Positions 21,092 to 34,543 of a stretch of DNA of 46,393 bases are shown piece by piece. The DNA lies in the NCBI GenBank assembly GCA_903925705.1, contig CAIYGJ010000035.1:1-46393 (forward strand), in the 5' to 3' direction. Positions within the stretch are counted from its first letter, which is position 1, and each line of letters starts with the position of its first letter. Source of the stretch: an uncultured Actinomycetes bacterium. GTDB taxonomy: Bacteria; Actinomycetota; Actinomycetes; S36-B12; UBA5976. The notes under the pieces were generated by a model. That model ran no database searches. It worked only from the letters and a program-made list of their open reading frames with translations, and was not told the DNA's origin. Both the position numbers and the translations under genes were made by a program.

Positions 21092-22534
21092 ATGACTGAC
21101 CCCGACATAAGTACAGCCGATATTGGATTCACGTCTGCTTTTGACTTGGTCGAAGGACGCAGGGCTGGAGATTTCACGAGTGTCGAACTCGTCAGCACTT
21201 TGCTACACCGGATTCAAACAATTGATGATTGTGAAGGCGGTATTCAATCCGTGCTTGCGATTTCAAATGACTTAATCGATCAAGCGCAATCCTGCGACTC
21301 TCGTGAAGCAACTGGCTTTCTCCATGGGATTCCGGTTCTCATTAAGGACAACATTCAAGCCGTGGGGCTACCCGGCACCGCTGGATCCATTGCGTTGGCT
21401 GGACGCTCAGTTATTGAAGATGCTGAATTAGTTTCTCGACTTCGCGACGCTGGCGCAATAATTATGGGAAGTACAAATCTTTCGGAGTGGGCAAACATCC
21501 GTTCTGGACAATCGACCAGTGGTTGGTCCGCTGTTGGTGGGTTAACCGCGAATCCGTGGATCTACAAGCACAGTGCAGGTGGCTCGTCTTCAGGTTCGGG
21601 CGCAGCGGTTGCAGCAGGGCTAATTCCATTTGCAGTCGGGACCGAAACCGACGGCTCAATCGTTTGTCCGGCTTCGCTAAATGGCGTTGTTGGAATCAAG
21701 CCAACTGTTGGCTCAGTCTCCACGACAGGTGTAATACCAATTAGCTCGAGTCAAGATGTCCCAGGTCCGTTAGCAAGAAGTGTCGAAGACGCTGCGATGT
21801 TACTTGAAGTCTTAAGCGGTCAGTCAGGTTTAGTTGATTTATGTAACAACGATGAGCCGCTTCGAATTGGTGTAGTTCGTGCCTGGCTTACTGGCCATGA
21901 TGGCGCAAATAAACTGTTTGAAGAGTCATTATTGAAGCTCGCTGCAGCTGGAATTGAATTGTTCGAAGTTGTAGTCGAAGAAATGCCGGAACAAGCCGGC
22001 GATGACGAAGGTGTCGTACTTTTTCACGAACTGTCCGAAGACCTATCGCTTTATCTAACGAACCGTGCTGGTGATGGCGTTAAATCCCTTTCTGACGTTG
22101 TTGAATTCAACAAGCAGAATTCTGATGTAGAAATGGAATATTTTGGGCAAGATTATCTTGAGCTAGCTGTTTCCTCTGGTGGCCGAAATGAAACTTACAA
22201 AGCTGCTCGAGCACGAAACCTGGATTGGGCACTTAATCAGGTTCTGTCCCCTGCTTTTACTGGTGTTGATGTTCTAGTTGGAATTCCTTATGCGCCAGCG
22301 TGGATTTCGACTCTTGGCGAAGGCGATGACTTTAGTAATGCCGGCTGGATGACACATGCCCCAGCGATTGCCGGATGGCCGCTAGGTTGCCTTCCAATGG
22401 GACTAGTTGATGGGTTGCCAGTAGGAATAGGCGTAGCTGCCCAGGCAAACGATGAAAAAGGATTGGTTAGAGCGATGGCAATAATTGAGCGAGTTTTTGA
22501 CTTAGGAGATTTCCGGCCGAGCTTTATTCGTTAG
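21092..22534 (+). CDS. amidase-signature family amidase (GatA paralogue-like)
   Basis: 480 aa. VLIKDNI lysine context and GGSSSGSGAAVAAG...GTETDGSIVCPAS signature. Confidence 0.85.
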   Translation: MTDPDISTADIGFTSAFDLVEGRRAGDFTSVELVSTLLHRIQTIDDCEGGIQSVLAISNDLIDQAQSCDSREATGFLHGIPVLIKDNIQAVGLPGTAGSIALAGRSVIEDAELVSRLRDAGAIIMGSTNLSEWANIRSGQSTSGWSAVGGLTANPWIYKHSAGGSSSGSGAAVAAGLIPFAVGTETDGSIVCPASLNGVVGIKPTVGSVSTTGVIPISSSQDVPGPLARSVEDAAMLLEVLSGQSGLVDLCNNDEPLRIGVVRAWLTGHDGANKLFEESLLKLAAAGIELFEVVVEEMPEQAGDDEGVVLFHELSEDLSLYLTNRAGDGVKSLSDVVEFNKQNSDVEMEYFGQDYLELAVSSGGRNETYKAARARNLDWALNQVLSPAFTGVDVLVGIPYAPAWISTLGEGDDFSNAGWMTHAPAIAGWPLGCLPMGLVDGLPVGIGVAAQANDEKGLVRAMAIIERVFDLGDFRPSFIR

Positions 22535-22546
22535 CTTTATTCGTTG
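22521..22546. repeat. 13-nt tandem duplication at the amidase/TipAS-like stop-stop junction
   Basis: gctttattcgtta | gctttattcgttg, 12/13 identical. Copy 1 ends the amidase (agc ttt att cgt tag). Copy 2 again reads agc ttt att cgt tga on the plus strand, and on the minus strand carries the TipAS-like end (aac gaa taa). Confidence 0.8.
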
Positions 22547-22965
22547 ATAAGTACGTTCAACGCATAATGCGCCATGGCATCACGTTGAAATGGTGCCAGC
22601 TGTGGATGAATTCCATTAAATCTTTCTAGGAAATCTGGGCTTTCGTTATACATATCTCCAAGGGCTAGATAAGCCTCTGCAGTTGGGCTCCAAAATTGCG
22701 AAACCCAGCGAAAGTGATCTGCTATTACTTCTTGAGTTCGAGCATCTTCTGGTTCAACGCCTGCATCAATTAGCTCGACTAAGCGGGCATCGATCTCAGC
22801 TAATTCTTTTTGAATTAGTACGCCATCTTCTTTCGACCACTCTGACATGCGCTGCTTCGACTCGGCAACATGACTAGCTGATTCTGGATACTTTTCAATT
22901 AATTCGCGTTCCCACTTTTCCTGTTGCGCATCGTCTGCGCCTTCGAAAACATCGGAAGCCTTCAT
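22537..22965 (-). CDS. TipAS-like antibiotic-recognition domain protein (no MerR DNA-binding domain)
   Basis: 142 aa. From memory, the pattern resembles the TipAS C-terminal domain. Sits 9 nt downstream of gatB. Confidence 0.7.
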   Translation of the reverse strand: MKASDVFEGADDAQQEKWERELIEKYPESASHVAESKQRMSEWSKEDGVLIQKELAEIDARLVELIDAGVEPEDARTQEVIADHFRWVSQFWSPTAEAYLALGDMYNESPDFLERFNGIHPQLAPFQRDAMAHYALNVLINE

Positions 22966-22974
22966 AGTGAATAA

Positions 22975-24489
22975 CTATTCGGAAACGCCAAGTTTTTCGA
23001 ATAGCAATTCTCGAACGCGTGCAGCGTCTGCTTGACCTCGAGTTGCTTTCATAACGGCGCCAACTACTGAGCCAGCGGCGGCAAGCTTTCCGGACTTTAT
23101 GGTTTCCGCGACAGCAGGATCTGCAGCCAATGCTTCATCAATGGCAGCAAGTAGTGGGCCGTCATCAGAAACTACAGCAAGCCCGCGGGCCTTAACGATT
23201 TCATCGATGTCGCCTTCGCCAGCAATTACACCTTCAAGTGCCTGGCGTGCCAACTTGTCGTTTAACGATCCTGCAGAAATCAATTCCTCGAGGCGCTTGA
23301 GATGTGCTGGTGTAACTGGAAGTTCTTCCAATTCGATTCCGCGATCGTTTGCAATTCGCGACAATTCACCTGTCCACCACTTGCGCGCTGCAGCAGGATC
23401 AACGCCTGCATCAACTGCTTCAACAATCAGATCTAGTGCGCCTGAGTTGATAACGGTATTCATGTCGATTTCGCTCAGGCCCCAGTCCGCTACCAGGCGG
23501 GCACGACGGACTGCAGGATTTTCTGGCAGTGAGGCGCGAAGTTCTTCAACCCATTCGCGTGATGGTGCGATTGGTAACAAATCTGGCTCTGGGAAATATC
23601 GGTAATCTTCGGCATCTGACTTTGGGCGACCTGAAGTCGAGATCCCGGTATCTTCATGCCAGTGGCGAGTTTCTTGCACAATACTTTCGCCGCCAGCAAG
23701 TCTGGCTGCGTGACGGGTTACTTCATAACGAACTGCACGCTCAACAGAGCGAAGTGAGTTCACGTTCTTGGTTTCGGAACGGGTGCCTAATTTTGATTCT
23801 GGTGTCTCACGTAGTGACAAGTTAACGTCACAGCGAAGTGAGCCCTGTTCCATCTTTACGTCCGAGACGCCAAGGCCACGAAGGATGTCACGAAGCGCAG
23901 CTACGTATGCCTTTGCAACTTCTGGTGCATACTTACCAGTGCCTGTAATTGGCTTGGTCACAATTTCAATTAATGGAATACCAGCACGGTTGTAATCCAC
24001 TAGTGAGTAATCAGCACCGTGGATACGGCCAGTTGCGCCACCAACGTGAGAGTTCTTGCCAGTGTCTTCTTCCATGTGCGCGCGCTCAATCGGAACCCGG
24101 AAAGTCTTGCGACCTTCATCTGTGTCGATCTCAACATCTAAGTAGCCTTCAAAAGCAATCGGTTCGTCGTATTGCGAAGTCTGGAAGTTCTTTGGCATGT
24201 CTGGGTAGAAATAGTTCTTGCGGGCAAAGCGGCACCATTCGGCGATCTGGCAATTAAGTGCAAGGCCGATCCGAATTGCAGATTCAACACCAATTTTGTT
24301 CAATGTTGGCAATGCGCCAGGCAAACCTAAACAAACTGGACAGACCTGAGTATTTGGTGGCGCGCCGAAAACAGTCGAGCAGCCACAAAACATCTTGGTG
24401 TTTGTACCAAGTTCAACGTGCACTTCCAAACCTAAAACTGGATCAAACTTGGAAATAGCCTCGTCGTAATTCATTGTTGCTTCAGCCAT
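22975..24489 (-). CDS. gatB: Asp/Glu-tRNA amidotransferase subunit B
   Basis: Track ORF 22975..24537 trimmed to ATG 24489, which overlaps the gatA stop (TGATG). [27 protein letters not shown]... Confidence 0.93.
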   Translation of the reverse strand: MAEATMNYDEAISKFDPVLGLEVHVELGTNTKMFCGCSTVFGAPPNTQVCPVCLGLPGALPTLNKIGVESAIRIGLALNCQIAEWCRFARKNYFYPDMPKNFQTSQYDEPIAFEGYLDVEIDTDEGRKTFRVPIERAHMEEDTGKNSHVGGATGRIHGADYSLVDYNRAGIPLIEIVTKPITGTGKYAPEVAKAYVAALRDILRGLGVSDVKMEQGSLRCDVNLSLRETPESKLGTRSETKNVNSLRSVERAVRYEVTRHAARLAGGESIVQETRHWHEDTGISTSGRPKSDAEDYRYFPEPDLLPIAPSREWVEELRASLPENPAVRRARLVADWGLSEIDMNTVINSGALDLIVEAVDAGVDPAAARKWWTGELSRIANDRGIELEELPVTPAHLKRLEELISAGSLNDKLARQALEGVIAGEGDIDEIVKARGLAVVSDDGPLLAAIDEALAADPAVAETIKSGKLAAAGSVVGAVMKATRGQADAARVRELLFEKLGVSE

Positions 24490-25991
24490 CACGCACCTGC
24501 CAACTCTGGAGCCATACCCAGGATTGGGCCACCCCACTTGGCAAGCAATTCACGTTCAATTGCTGCGCCAACGTTATACAAACGATCATCAGCCATGGCT
24601 GGCGCGATGATCTGCAATCCAACTGGCAAGTTATCTTCTGGCGCAAGACCGATTGGAAGTGACATACCTGGCAAGCCAGCCATGTTTACCGGAATAGTTG
24701 CTACGTCATTTAGATACATCGCTAATGGATCATCTAGTTTCTCGCCGATCTTAAAAGCAGTTGTTGGCGCAGTTGGAGAAATCAACACATCAACTTTTGC
24801 GAACGCAGCATCGAAATCTTGCTTGATTAAGGTACGAACTTTTTGAGCCTGACCGTAATAAGCGTCGTAGTAACCAGCTGAAAGTGCGTAAGTTCCAAGA
24901 ATGATTCGGCGAATAACTTCCGAGCCAAAGCCCGATGCACGAGTTTCGCTCATAACTTGTTCTACTGACTTCGTGCCATCGTCACCAACACGATTTCCAA
25001 AGCGAATTCCATCGAATTTGGCTAAGTTACTTGATGCCTCACTTGGCAGAATCAAATAGTAAGCGGCCAGAGCGGCTGGGAAGCTCGGGCAAGAAACGTC
25101 AACAACTTCTGCACCCAAACTTTCGATCAGAGCAACGCTTTCTTCAAATCGAGAGCGCACCCCTGCTTGGTAACCTTCGCCACCAAGTTCCTTGACGATC
25201 CCAACTTTCATGCCCTTGATGTCTGCGCGCTTTGCCGCAGCAATCACATCAGGAACTGGTGCATTGATTGAAGTTGAATCCATTGGATCGTGTCCGGCAA
25301 TCACGCTGTGCAGAAGTGCGGTGTCTAATACGTTTCGCGCACAAGGGCCAGCCTGGTCAAGTGATGACGCTAAAGCCACGATGCCGTAACGACTTACGCC
25401 ACCATAAGTTGGCTTCACACCTACCGAACCAGTTACTGCTGCTGGCTGACGAATTGAGCCGCCAGTGTCAGTACCGATAGCAAGCGGTGCTTCAAACGAA
25501 GACACACACGCAGAAGATCCACCGCCGGATCCACCAGGGATTCGTTCTAAGTCCCAAGGGTTATGAGTTGGACCAAATGCGGAATGTTCTGTTGATGACC
25601 CCATAGCAAATTCATCCATGTTTGTCTTACCAAGAATTACTACACCGGCTTCACGCAACTTCGTTACCACGGTTGCATCGTAAGGCGGAATCCAACCATC
25701 AAGAACTTTTGAACCGCAAGTTGTTGGAAGTCCATTTGTCGCCAAGATATCTTTTAGCCCAAGAGGCACACCAGCAAGAACTGAAAGTTTGTCGCCAGCT
25801 TTTACTTTGGCATCTACTGCGGCGGCACTTGCAAGTGCACCTTTAGTATCAACATGCAAGAAAGCGTGAACTGCGCCATCAACAGCAGCAATTCGATCCA
25901 AGTGAGCCTGTGCAACTTCAACTGCTGATACTTCACCGGATGAAACTAACCCAGCAAGTTCTGATGCGTCTTTGCGAATGAGGTCAGACAT
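24489..25991 (-). CDS. gatA: Asp/Glu-tRNA amidotransferase subunit A
   Basis: 500 aa amidase-signature protein ([23 protein letters not shown]). Sits 2 nt after gatC. Confidence 0.95.
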   Translation of the reverse strand: MSDLIRKDASELAGLVSSGEVSAVEVAQAHLDRIAAVDGAVHAFLHVDTKGALASAAAVDAKVKAGDKLSVLAGVPLGLKDILATNGLPTTCGSKVLDGWIPPYDATVVTKLREAGVVILGKTNMDEFAMGSSTEHSAFGPTHNPWDLERIPGGSGGGSSACVSSFEAPLAIGTDTGGSIRQPAAVTGSVGVKPTYGGVSRYGIVALASSLDQAGPCARNVLDTALLHSVIAGHDPMDSTSINAPVPDVIAAAKRADIKGMKVGIVKELGGEGYQAGVRSRFEESVALIESLGAEVVDVSCPSFPAALAAYYLILPSEASSNLAKFDGIRFGNRVGDDGTKSVEQVMSETRASGFGSEVIRRIILGTYALSAGYYDAYYGQAQKVRTLIKQDFDAAFAKVDVLISPTAPTTAFKIGEKLDDPLAMYLNDVATIPVNMAGLPGMSLPIGLAPEDNLPVGLQIIAPAMADDRLYNVGAAIERELLAKWGGPILGMAPELAGA

Positions 25992-25993
25992 TC

Positions 25994-26290
25994 TTACTCC
26001 TCATCCAAAATACGTGGCACGCGGAATCTTTCATCTTCCACAGCGGGTGCGCCAGATAGCGCCTGCTCTGCAGTTAATGAAACCCCAGGTATGTCTTCGC
26101 GAAAAACATTGGTCATAGGAACTGGGTGGCTCATAGCTGCAACATTTGCAGTGTCAAGACTTGATACCTCAGCAACGGCATTCAAAATCGCATCCAACTG
26201 CTGGGCATAGTGGCCCAATTCACTTGAAGGGATGTTGATGCGGGCTAGATGAGCTAAATGCGCCACATCTTCTTGGGAAATTCCGGACAT
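25994..26290 (-). CDS. gatC: Asp/Glu-tRNA amidotransferase subunit C
   Basis: 98 aa, first gene of the gatCAB arrangement. Confidence 0.9.
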   Translation of the reverse strand: MSGISQEDVAHLAHLARINIPSSELGHYAQQLDAILNAVAEVSSLDTANVAAMSHPVPMTNVFREDIPGVSLTAEQALSGAPAVEDERFRVPRILDEE

Positions 26291-26296
26291 GACTCA

Positions 26297-26302
26297 ATTC
26301 TA
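26297..26302 (-). promoter_or_regulatory. candidate -10 box TAGAAT, 6 nt upstream of gatC ATG (leaderless candidate)
   Basis: Minus strand reads TAGAATtgagtcATG. No SD. Confidence 0.5.
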
Positions 26303-26330
26303 TTGGGAACTTTCTCGGCCCAGTTTCGCG

Positions 26331-29472
<3,142 letters not shown>

Positions 29473-29473
<1 letters not shown>

Positions 29474-30564
29474 TAAACGGATGCCGATCGACGTGATCGA
29501 GAAACTGTAGCGCTTCCGATCACACGTGTTCCGTCATAAAAAACTGCAGCTTGGCCAGCAGCTAAGCCCCGCAGATAATCATCAAGCTGAATAGTTACTA
29601 AACCATCATCGCCAATATGAAGTGTGGCTGGTAAACCTTCGCCGTGCGCTCGAATCTGAACATGAATTCGGGTTCCACTTGCTGGGACTGGCCCTGCCCA
29701 TCTTGGCTTAATTGTTTCAATTACATCAATATCCAGTAATACCGGTGGACCAACCATGACAACGTTGTTTTTAACATCGACATCAACTACATAGCGGCGT
29801 TCGCCATCTCCGGTTGGATTGCCAAGTGCTAGTCCACGACGTTGACCAACTGTAAATGCATGTGCGCCGGCATGCGTTCCAACTTTGTTTCCAGTCTCTG
29901 CATCTACAACAACACCAGGAACTGATTCGATCTGCCTGGACAACCAGCCCGCAGTATCGCCATCGGGAATAAAGCAGATGTCATGGCTGTCTGGTTTCGC
30001 GGCAACTAAAATTCCACGTCGATCGGCCTCGGCTCGGACTTCAACTTTTGTACTATCGCCAAGTGGGAACATCGAATGGGCAATTTGATCGGCAGTTAAT
30101 ACGCCAAGCACATAGGACTGGTCTTTCAGCGGGTCTATTGCGCGGTGAAGTTCTGGACCGTTTTCACCTTGGAAGATTTGGGCATAGTGCCCCGTGACAA
30201 CCGCATCAAAGCCCAGTGCCATAGCTCGTTCCAAAACCGCTTCAAACTTGATGCTTTCATTGCAGCGCAGGCATGGATTCGGAGTGCGTCCAGCAGCGTA
30301 TTCAGAAATGAAATCTTCAATCACTTTTTCCTGAAACTCCGAAGATAAATCCCAAACATAAAATGGTGCACCCAACATGTCGGCAGCCCGAAAAGCATCA
30401 TTGGAATCTTCAATAGTGCAACAACCGCGAGCGCCAGTTCGATGAGATTGTGGATTTCTAGAAAGAGCTAAGTGAACGGCAGTTACATCGTGCCCGGCAT
30501 CTACGGCTCGAGCGGCCGCTACTGCAGAGTCAACGCCACCTGAAAGTGCTGCTAATACTCGCAT
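29473..30564 (-). CDS. mnmA: tRNA 2-thiouridine(34) synthase
   Basis: 363 aa. PP-loop [15 protein letters not shown] overlaps the cysteine desulfurase stop (TGATG). Confidence 0.9.
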
Positions 30565-31754
30565 CAGACACGCACCGGTGCGGTAGTTAGCTTTGGAACC
30601 CCAGCGCGCTTAGCTCTTTCAATTGCACTTGGCAGAACCTCAATGAGTTTGTCTATGTCACCCTGTGTCGTTGTGCTGCCGAGCGAGAAGCGCAATGTGC
30701 TTCGTGCTGCATCATCATCGGCACCCATAGCGAGCAATACATGTGATGGTTGCGGGACGCCTGCGTTACATGCTGACCCAACTGAACATTCAACACCCTG
30801 GGCATCTAGCAGCATCAGCAGTGAGTCACCTAGGCAGCCAGGGAAAATAAAGTGCGCATTATTTGCTAAGCGATTACTTTTTGCTCCGGTATAAATCGCC
30901 TCTGGTGCAATCTCCATTACGCGCTTTACCAAATCATCACGAAGCGCAGTTACCCGAGCAACAGTTTCGGATCGCCGTGCAGAAGTAATTTCTAGCGCAG
31001 TAGCAAAACCGACAATCGCTGGCGCATCGAGGGTTCCAGAGCGGACATCGCGCTCTTGCCCGCCACCATGAATCAAAGGAGTGACATGACAATCCCGGCT
31101 GATTACAAGTGCGCCAATTCCGTGTGGGCCACCAACCTTGTGTCCTGAGATGCTCATCGCACAAACGCCGAGTTCAGAAAAATTCAGATCCAACCAAGCT
31201 GGCGCCTGAACTGCATCAGTGTGGAAACGAATTCCAAATTCACGAGTAACTGCAGTTAAGGCAGTGATGTCATTTATAGTTCCGACTTCATTGTTTCCCA
31301 AAATAACACTTACTACTCCAACGTCACTTGGATCATCGCCTAAAGCTTCGCGAAGTGCTTCTGGAGTAATTCTTCCTTCAGCATCTGATTTGATCCAAGT
31401 AACCTCGAAGCCTTCAGAGTCTCCAAGCCAACGCACTGGATCCATAACGGCATGATGTTCGGTGCTACCCGCAACCACACGAATCCGGCGAGAATCTTTA
31501 TTTCGTTGATCCCACGCAATGCCCTTGACCGCAATGTTGTTTGCTTCAGTGCCACCAGCAGTGAATACAACTTCGGCAGACCCACAGCCAACAGCGCGTG
31601 CTACTCGTTCCCGAGACTCTTCTACGGCTCGTCTGGCTTTTCGGCCAGAGGCATGCAGGGATGAAGGGTTGCCAGGCTCGCTAAGCAACTTCGTCATGGC
31701 CGCAACGGCCTCCGGAAGCATTGGGGTCGTCGCAGCGTTATCTAAATACGCCAC
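30564..31754 (-). CDS. iscS: cysteine desulfurase (NifS/IscS-like)
   Basis: 396 aa. PLP lysine in [10 protein letters not shown] and catalytic Cys in [12 protein letters not shown] start. Confidence 0.9.
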   Translation of the reverse strand: MAYLDNAATTPMLPEAVAAMTKLLSEPGNPSSLHASGRKARRAVEESRERVARAVGCGSAEVVFTAGGTEANNIAVKGIAWDQRNKDSRRIRVVAGSTEHHAVMDPVRWLGDSEGFEVTWIKSDAEGRITPEALREALGDDPSDVGVVSVILGNNEVGTINDITALTAVTREFGIRFHTDAVQAPAWLDLNFSELGVCAMSISGHKVGGPHGIGALVISRDCHVTPLIHGGGQERDVRSGTLDAPAIVGFATALEITSARRSETVARVTALRDDLVKRVMEIAPEAIYTGAKSNRLANNAHFIFPGCLGDSLLMLLDAQGVECSVGSACNAGVPQPSHVLLAMGADDDAARSTLRFSLGSTTTQGDIDKLIEVLPSAIERAKRAGVPKLTTAPVRV

Positions 31755-31760
31755 GTATTC

Positions 31761-31766
31761 ATTCTA
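31761..31766 (-). promoter_or_regulatory. candidate -10 box TAGAAT, 6 nt upstream of GTG 31754 (leaderless candidate)
   Basis: Minus strand reads TAGAATgaatacGTG. Confidence 0.5.
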
Positions 31767-31823
31767 GATGAGTTCAACAGACCATGAATTTTTCAGTTTT
31801 GAGAAAAACCCACTATCTAGTGA

Positions 31824-32777
31824 CTACTTGCGGGCTTTTACCCGAGCAGTTAGGTCTGGAACTACTGAATGCAGGTCGCCGACAACACCGAAGTCAGCTA
31901 AATCAAAGATCGGTGCGTCTGCATCTTTATTAACTACGACGACGGTCTTAGAAGTTTGCATACCTGCACGGTGCTGAATTGCGCCTGAAATTCCATTTGC
32001 AACGTAAAGCTGTGGCGATACGGTCTTTCCGGTTTGGCCAACCTGGAACTGGTGTGGATACCAACCTGCGTCAGTTGCAGCGCGGGATGCACCAACTGCA
32101 GCGCCAAGTGAATCAGCCAATGGCTCAATCACGCTGGCAAATCCTTCGTCGCTGCCGACACCACGTCCGCCTGAGACCACAATTGCAGCTTCAGACAAAT
32201 CTGGGCGGCCACTCTTTTGAACTGAAACACGATTAACAACTTTGGTCGCACTTGCAGCGGCGCTGACTTCAGCAGCTACATCAACGCGAGTTGCGGTTCC
32301 ACCAGACTGAACAGGTGCGATTGAGTTTGTTCGCACAGTGATAACTGGGATCCCCTTGGATACCTTTGAGTGAACAATAGTTGCGCCACCAAATACGTTT
32401 TGAGTGGCAACAACATCGGCTGATACTGCAACAGCGTCAGTGATGACACCAGAATCAATCGCAACTGCTAAGCGGCCAGCGATTTCCTTGCCGTCTGCTG
32501 ATGATGGGATCAAAACTGCTGCTGGTGACTTTTCAGAAACTAGCTTCACAAGCACATCAACAGTTGGGACTACAACGTGATCCAAGAATGCTTGACCATC
32601 AGCGACATAAACCGTCTTGGCACCATGATCGCCAAGAGTCGCAAGCGCAGAGTCTGCGCCAGGTCCAACGAATACTGCACTTGGTTCGCCAATTCCGGCA
32701 GCCATCGCAAGTAATTCAAGGGAAACTTTTTTAATGGCGCCTTCGGAATGCTCGATTAGTACTAATACTTCAGACAT
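31824..32777 (-). CDS. etfA: electron transfer flavoprotein alpha subunit
   Basis: 317 aa. FAD-binding C-terminal pattern (SRAATDAGW, QVGQTGKTVSPQLYVANGISGAIQH). AGGAG SD upstream. Confidence 0.92.
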   Translation of the reverse strand: MSEVLVLIEHSEGAIKKVSLELLAMAAGIGEPSAVFVGPGADSALATLGDHGAKTVYVADGQAFLDHVVVPTVDVLVKLVSEKSPAAVLIPSSADGKEIAGRLAVAIDSGVITDAVAVSADVVATQNVFGGATIVHSKVSKGIPVITVRTNSIAPVQSGGTATRVDVAAEVSAAASATKVVNRVSVQKSGRPDLSEAAIVVSGGRGVGSDEGFASVIEPLADSLGAAVGASRAATDAGWYPHQFQVGQTGKTVSPQLYVANGISGAIQHRAGMQTSKTVVVVNKDADAPIFDLADFGVVGDLHSVVPDLTARVKARK

Positions 32778-32785
32778 GAGTGCTC

Positions 32786-33565
32786 CTATATAAATTTCTG
32801 GGTGACGAGGAATTCTTCAATTTTTTCAGCGCCATTACCTTCATCGGTAATAACTGTGCCTTTGGCTTTTGCTGGGCGTTCTGCAAAATCTTTAACTTCA
32901 CTCCAAGCATTGGCAAGTCCAACTGATGCTGCATCCAAGCCAATGTCAGCAAGACTCAAAGTTTCCATCGGCGCTTTCTTTGCAGCCATGATGTTTTTGA
33001 ATGATGGGTAACGAGGTTCGTTTGTTTTTTCAACAACTGAAACCACCGCTGGCAAACTTGACTGAACTTCGTCGTAACCGTAATCGGTAACTCGGTGAAT
33101 AGTTAAAGTTGAACCGTTAACTTCTACTTTGTTGGCAAACGTCATCTGTGGCAAACCTAGTCGGGCGGAAACCATTGCGGGAACTACGCTCATGCGGGCA
33201 TCTGTTGATTCAGATCCGAAAATAATCAAATCAAAGCCACGGCCTTCAAGTGCCTTAGCGAGTACTAATGAAGTAGCTAATGCGTCGGAACCGTGCAGCG
33301 CAGGATCACTGATGTGAATTCCCGCGTGCGCACCCATTGAGATTGCTTTACGTACACTGTCAGCAGCTTCATCTGGACCCATGGAAAGAATGGTTACTTC
33401 ACCTTCGCCGGCTTCAACAATTCGAAGCGCCTCTTCAACGGCATATTCATCAAGTTCATTCACGACTCGGTCAGCAGCGGCACGATCTAAGGTGCTATCG
33501 CTTGCTGTCAATTTCTTTTCAGCCCAGCTATCTGGAACCTGCTTTACGCATACACAAATCTTCAT
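32786..33565 (-). CDS. etfB: electron transfer flavoprotein beta subunit
   Basis: 259 aa starting MKICVCVKQVPD... AAGGAG SD upstream. Confidence 0.92.
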   Translation of the reverse strand: MKICVCVKQVPDSWAEKKLTASDSTLDRAAADRVVNELDEYAVEEALRIVEAGEGEVTILSMGPDEAADSVRKAISMGAHAGIHISDPALHGSDALATSLVLAKALEGRGFDLIIFGSESTDARMSVVPAMVSARLGLPQMTFANKVEVNGSTLTIHRVTDYGYDEVQSSLPAVVSVVEKTNEPRYPSFKNIMAAKKAPMETLSLADIGLDAASVGLANAWSEVKDFAERPAKAKGTVITDEGNGAEKIEEFLVTQKFI

Positions 33566-33657
33566 GATTACTCCTTTAGAGACTTACGAAGTTGGCAACC
33601 AGTCCCTTAAGCCACAAGCTAGGCGGCTTCAAGATTGGATACAATCCGTCAAAGACC

Positions 33658-33663
33658 AGCCTA
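33658..33663 (-). promoter_or_regulatory. candidate -10 box TAGGCT for etfBA (roughly 85-nt 5' UTR with SD)
   Basis: Minus strand reads gatTAGGCTggtcttt. It is the same hexamer seen at four leaderless candidates. Confidence 0.3.
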
Positions 33664-33719
33664 ATCGTTTAATTAAAAGGCGCTAGTTCAGGGCTGGCTT
33701 AGGTGAAAAGCCAAAATTA

Positions 33720-34493
33720 CTAGGAGAAATCTGCCTTACCTGGACCATTTTCCACGAAGGATTTCATGCCGACCTTTTGATCGTTGGTATCAAACTGACC
33801 AGCAAATAGGCCTTGCTCCATAACCAAACCATTGGCCAGAAGCTGTTCGCCACCTTTATCGATGCCTCGCTTGGCAGCTTTCATTGCAGTTACAGGCCCT
33901 GAGGCATAGAGATTTGCAAGTTCCATAGATCGCTTCAGCACATCACTTGAGTCAACAACCTCATTAACCAAACCAAGGGTTAAGGCTTCATCAGCGTCGA
34001 CGCGGCGACCAGTAAAAATGAGATCCTTTGCGCGCGATGGCCCAATAAGTCGAGCTAAGCGCTGGGTGCCACCACCGCCAGGAATAATTCCAAGCAAGAT
34101 TTCCGGTTGACCCATAACTGCGTTAGATGCAGCAATTCTGAAGTCACAGCTCAGGGCAAGCTCAAGTCCGCCACCTAGTGCATAGCCAGTGATGGCGGCA
34201 ATAGTTGGAACGGGAATGTCGCCGACCGCATTAAAGCAAGCCTGCAAACCTGGGGTTTCTTGTCTGGCGATTTCGCCGTCCCAATCGATCATTTCTTTAA
34301 TGTCAGCGCCAGCAGCAAATGTGCGTTCGCCGCCGTAAATCACGACAGCGCGAACTTCATCAGAACTTGAAACTTCAAGCGCTACTGCTTTGATTTCTTC
34401 CTGCATGGCTCGGTTTAGCACGTTCATTTTTGGACGGTCTAAATGAATAACTGCAATACGCTCTTGGCGTTCTACTCTGATGAATTCGGACAC
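33720..34493 (-). CDS. enoyl-CoA hydratase (crotonase family)
   Basis: 257 aa. FAAGADIKEM and GYALGGGLELALSCD motifs. GTG start. Confidence 0.87.
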   Translation of the reverse strand: MSEFIRVERQERIAVIHLDRPKMNVLNRAMQEEIKAVALEVSSSDEVRAVVIYGGERTFAAGADIKEMIDWDGEIARQETPGLQACFNAVGDIPVPTIAAITGYALGGGLELALSCDFRIAASNAVMGQPEILLGIIPGGGGTQRLARLIGPSRAKDLIFTGRRVDADEALTLGLVNEVVDSSDVLKRSMELANLYASGPVTAMKAAKRGIDKGGEQLLANGLVMEQGLFAGQFDTNDQKVGMKSFVENGPGKADFS

Positions 34494-34499
34494 GTTATT

Positions 34500-34505
34500 A
34501 GCCTA
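34500..34505 (-). promoter_or_regulatory. candidate -10 box TAGGCT, 6 nt upstream of GTG 34493 (leaderless candidate)
   Basis: Minus strand reads TAGGCTaataacGTG. Confidence 0.45.
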
Positions 34506-34543
34506 TCTACCGATTGGGTATCAACGAAACTTTTAAGACTAAT

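Noticed and set aside
21028-21198. N-terminal extensions offered by the ORF track for several genes: 27..1220, 1267..3057, 4605..5888, 20116..21198, 22975..24537, 39297..40595 and 37715..38203.
   Set aside because: The extensions run through promoter or leader regions or overlap divergent genes. They lack similarity to the conserved N-termini. Internal starts have an SD, a TANNNT-6/7 context, or stop-start coupling.
23099-23605. Long ORFs antisense to well-supported genes. Examples: 23099..23605 opposite gatB; 16108..16467 and 16816..17172 opposite ppdK; 18482..19663 series opposite ilvD; 10168..10539 opposite the nadR-like gene.
   Set aside because: They overlap high-confidence genes completely and have low-complexity Ser/Ala/Arg/Pro-rich translations with no recognisable motifs. 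These are typical shadow ORFs.
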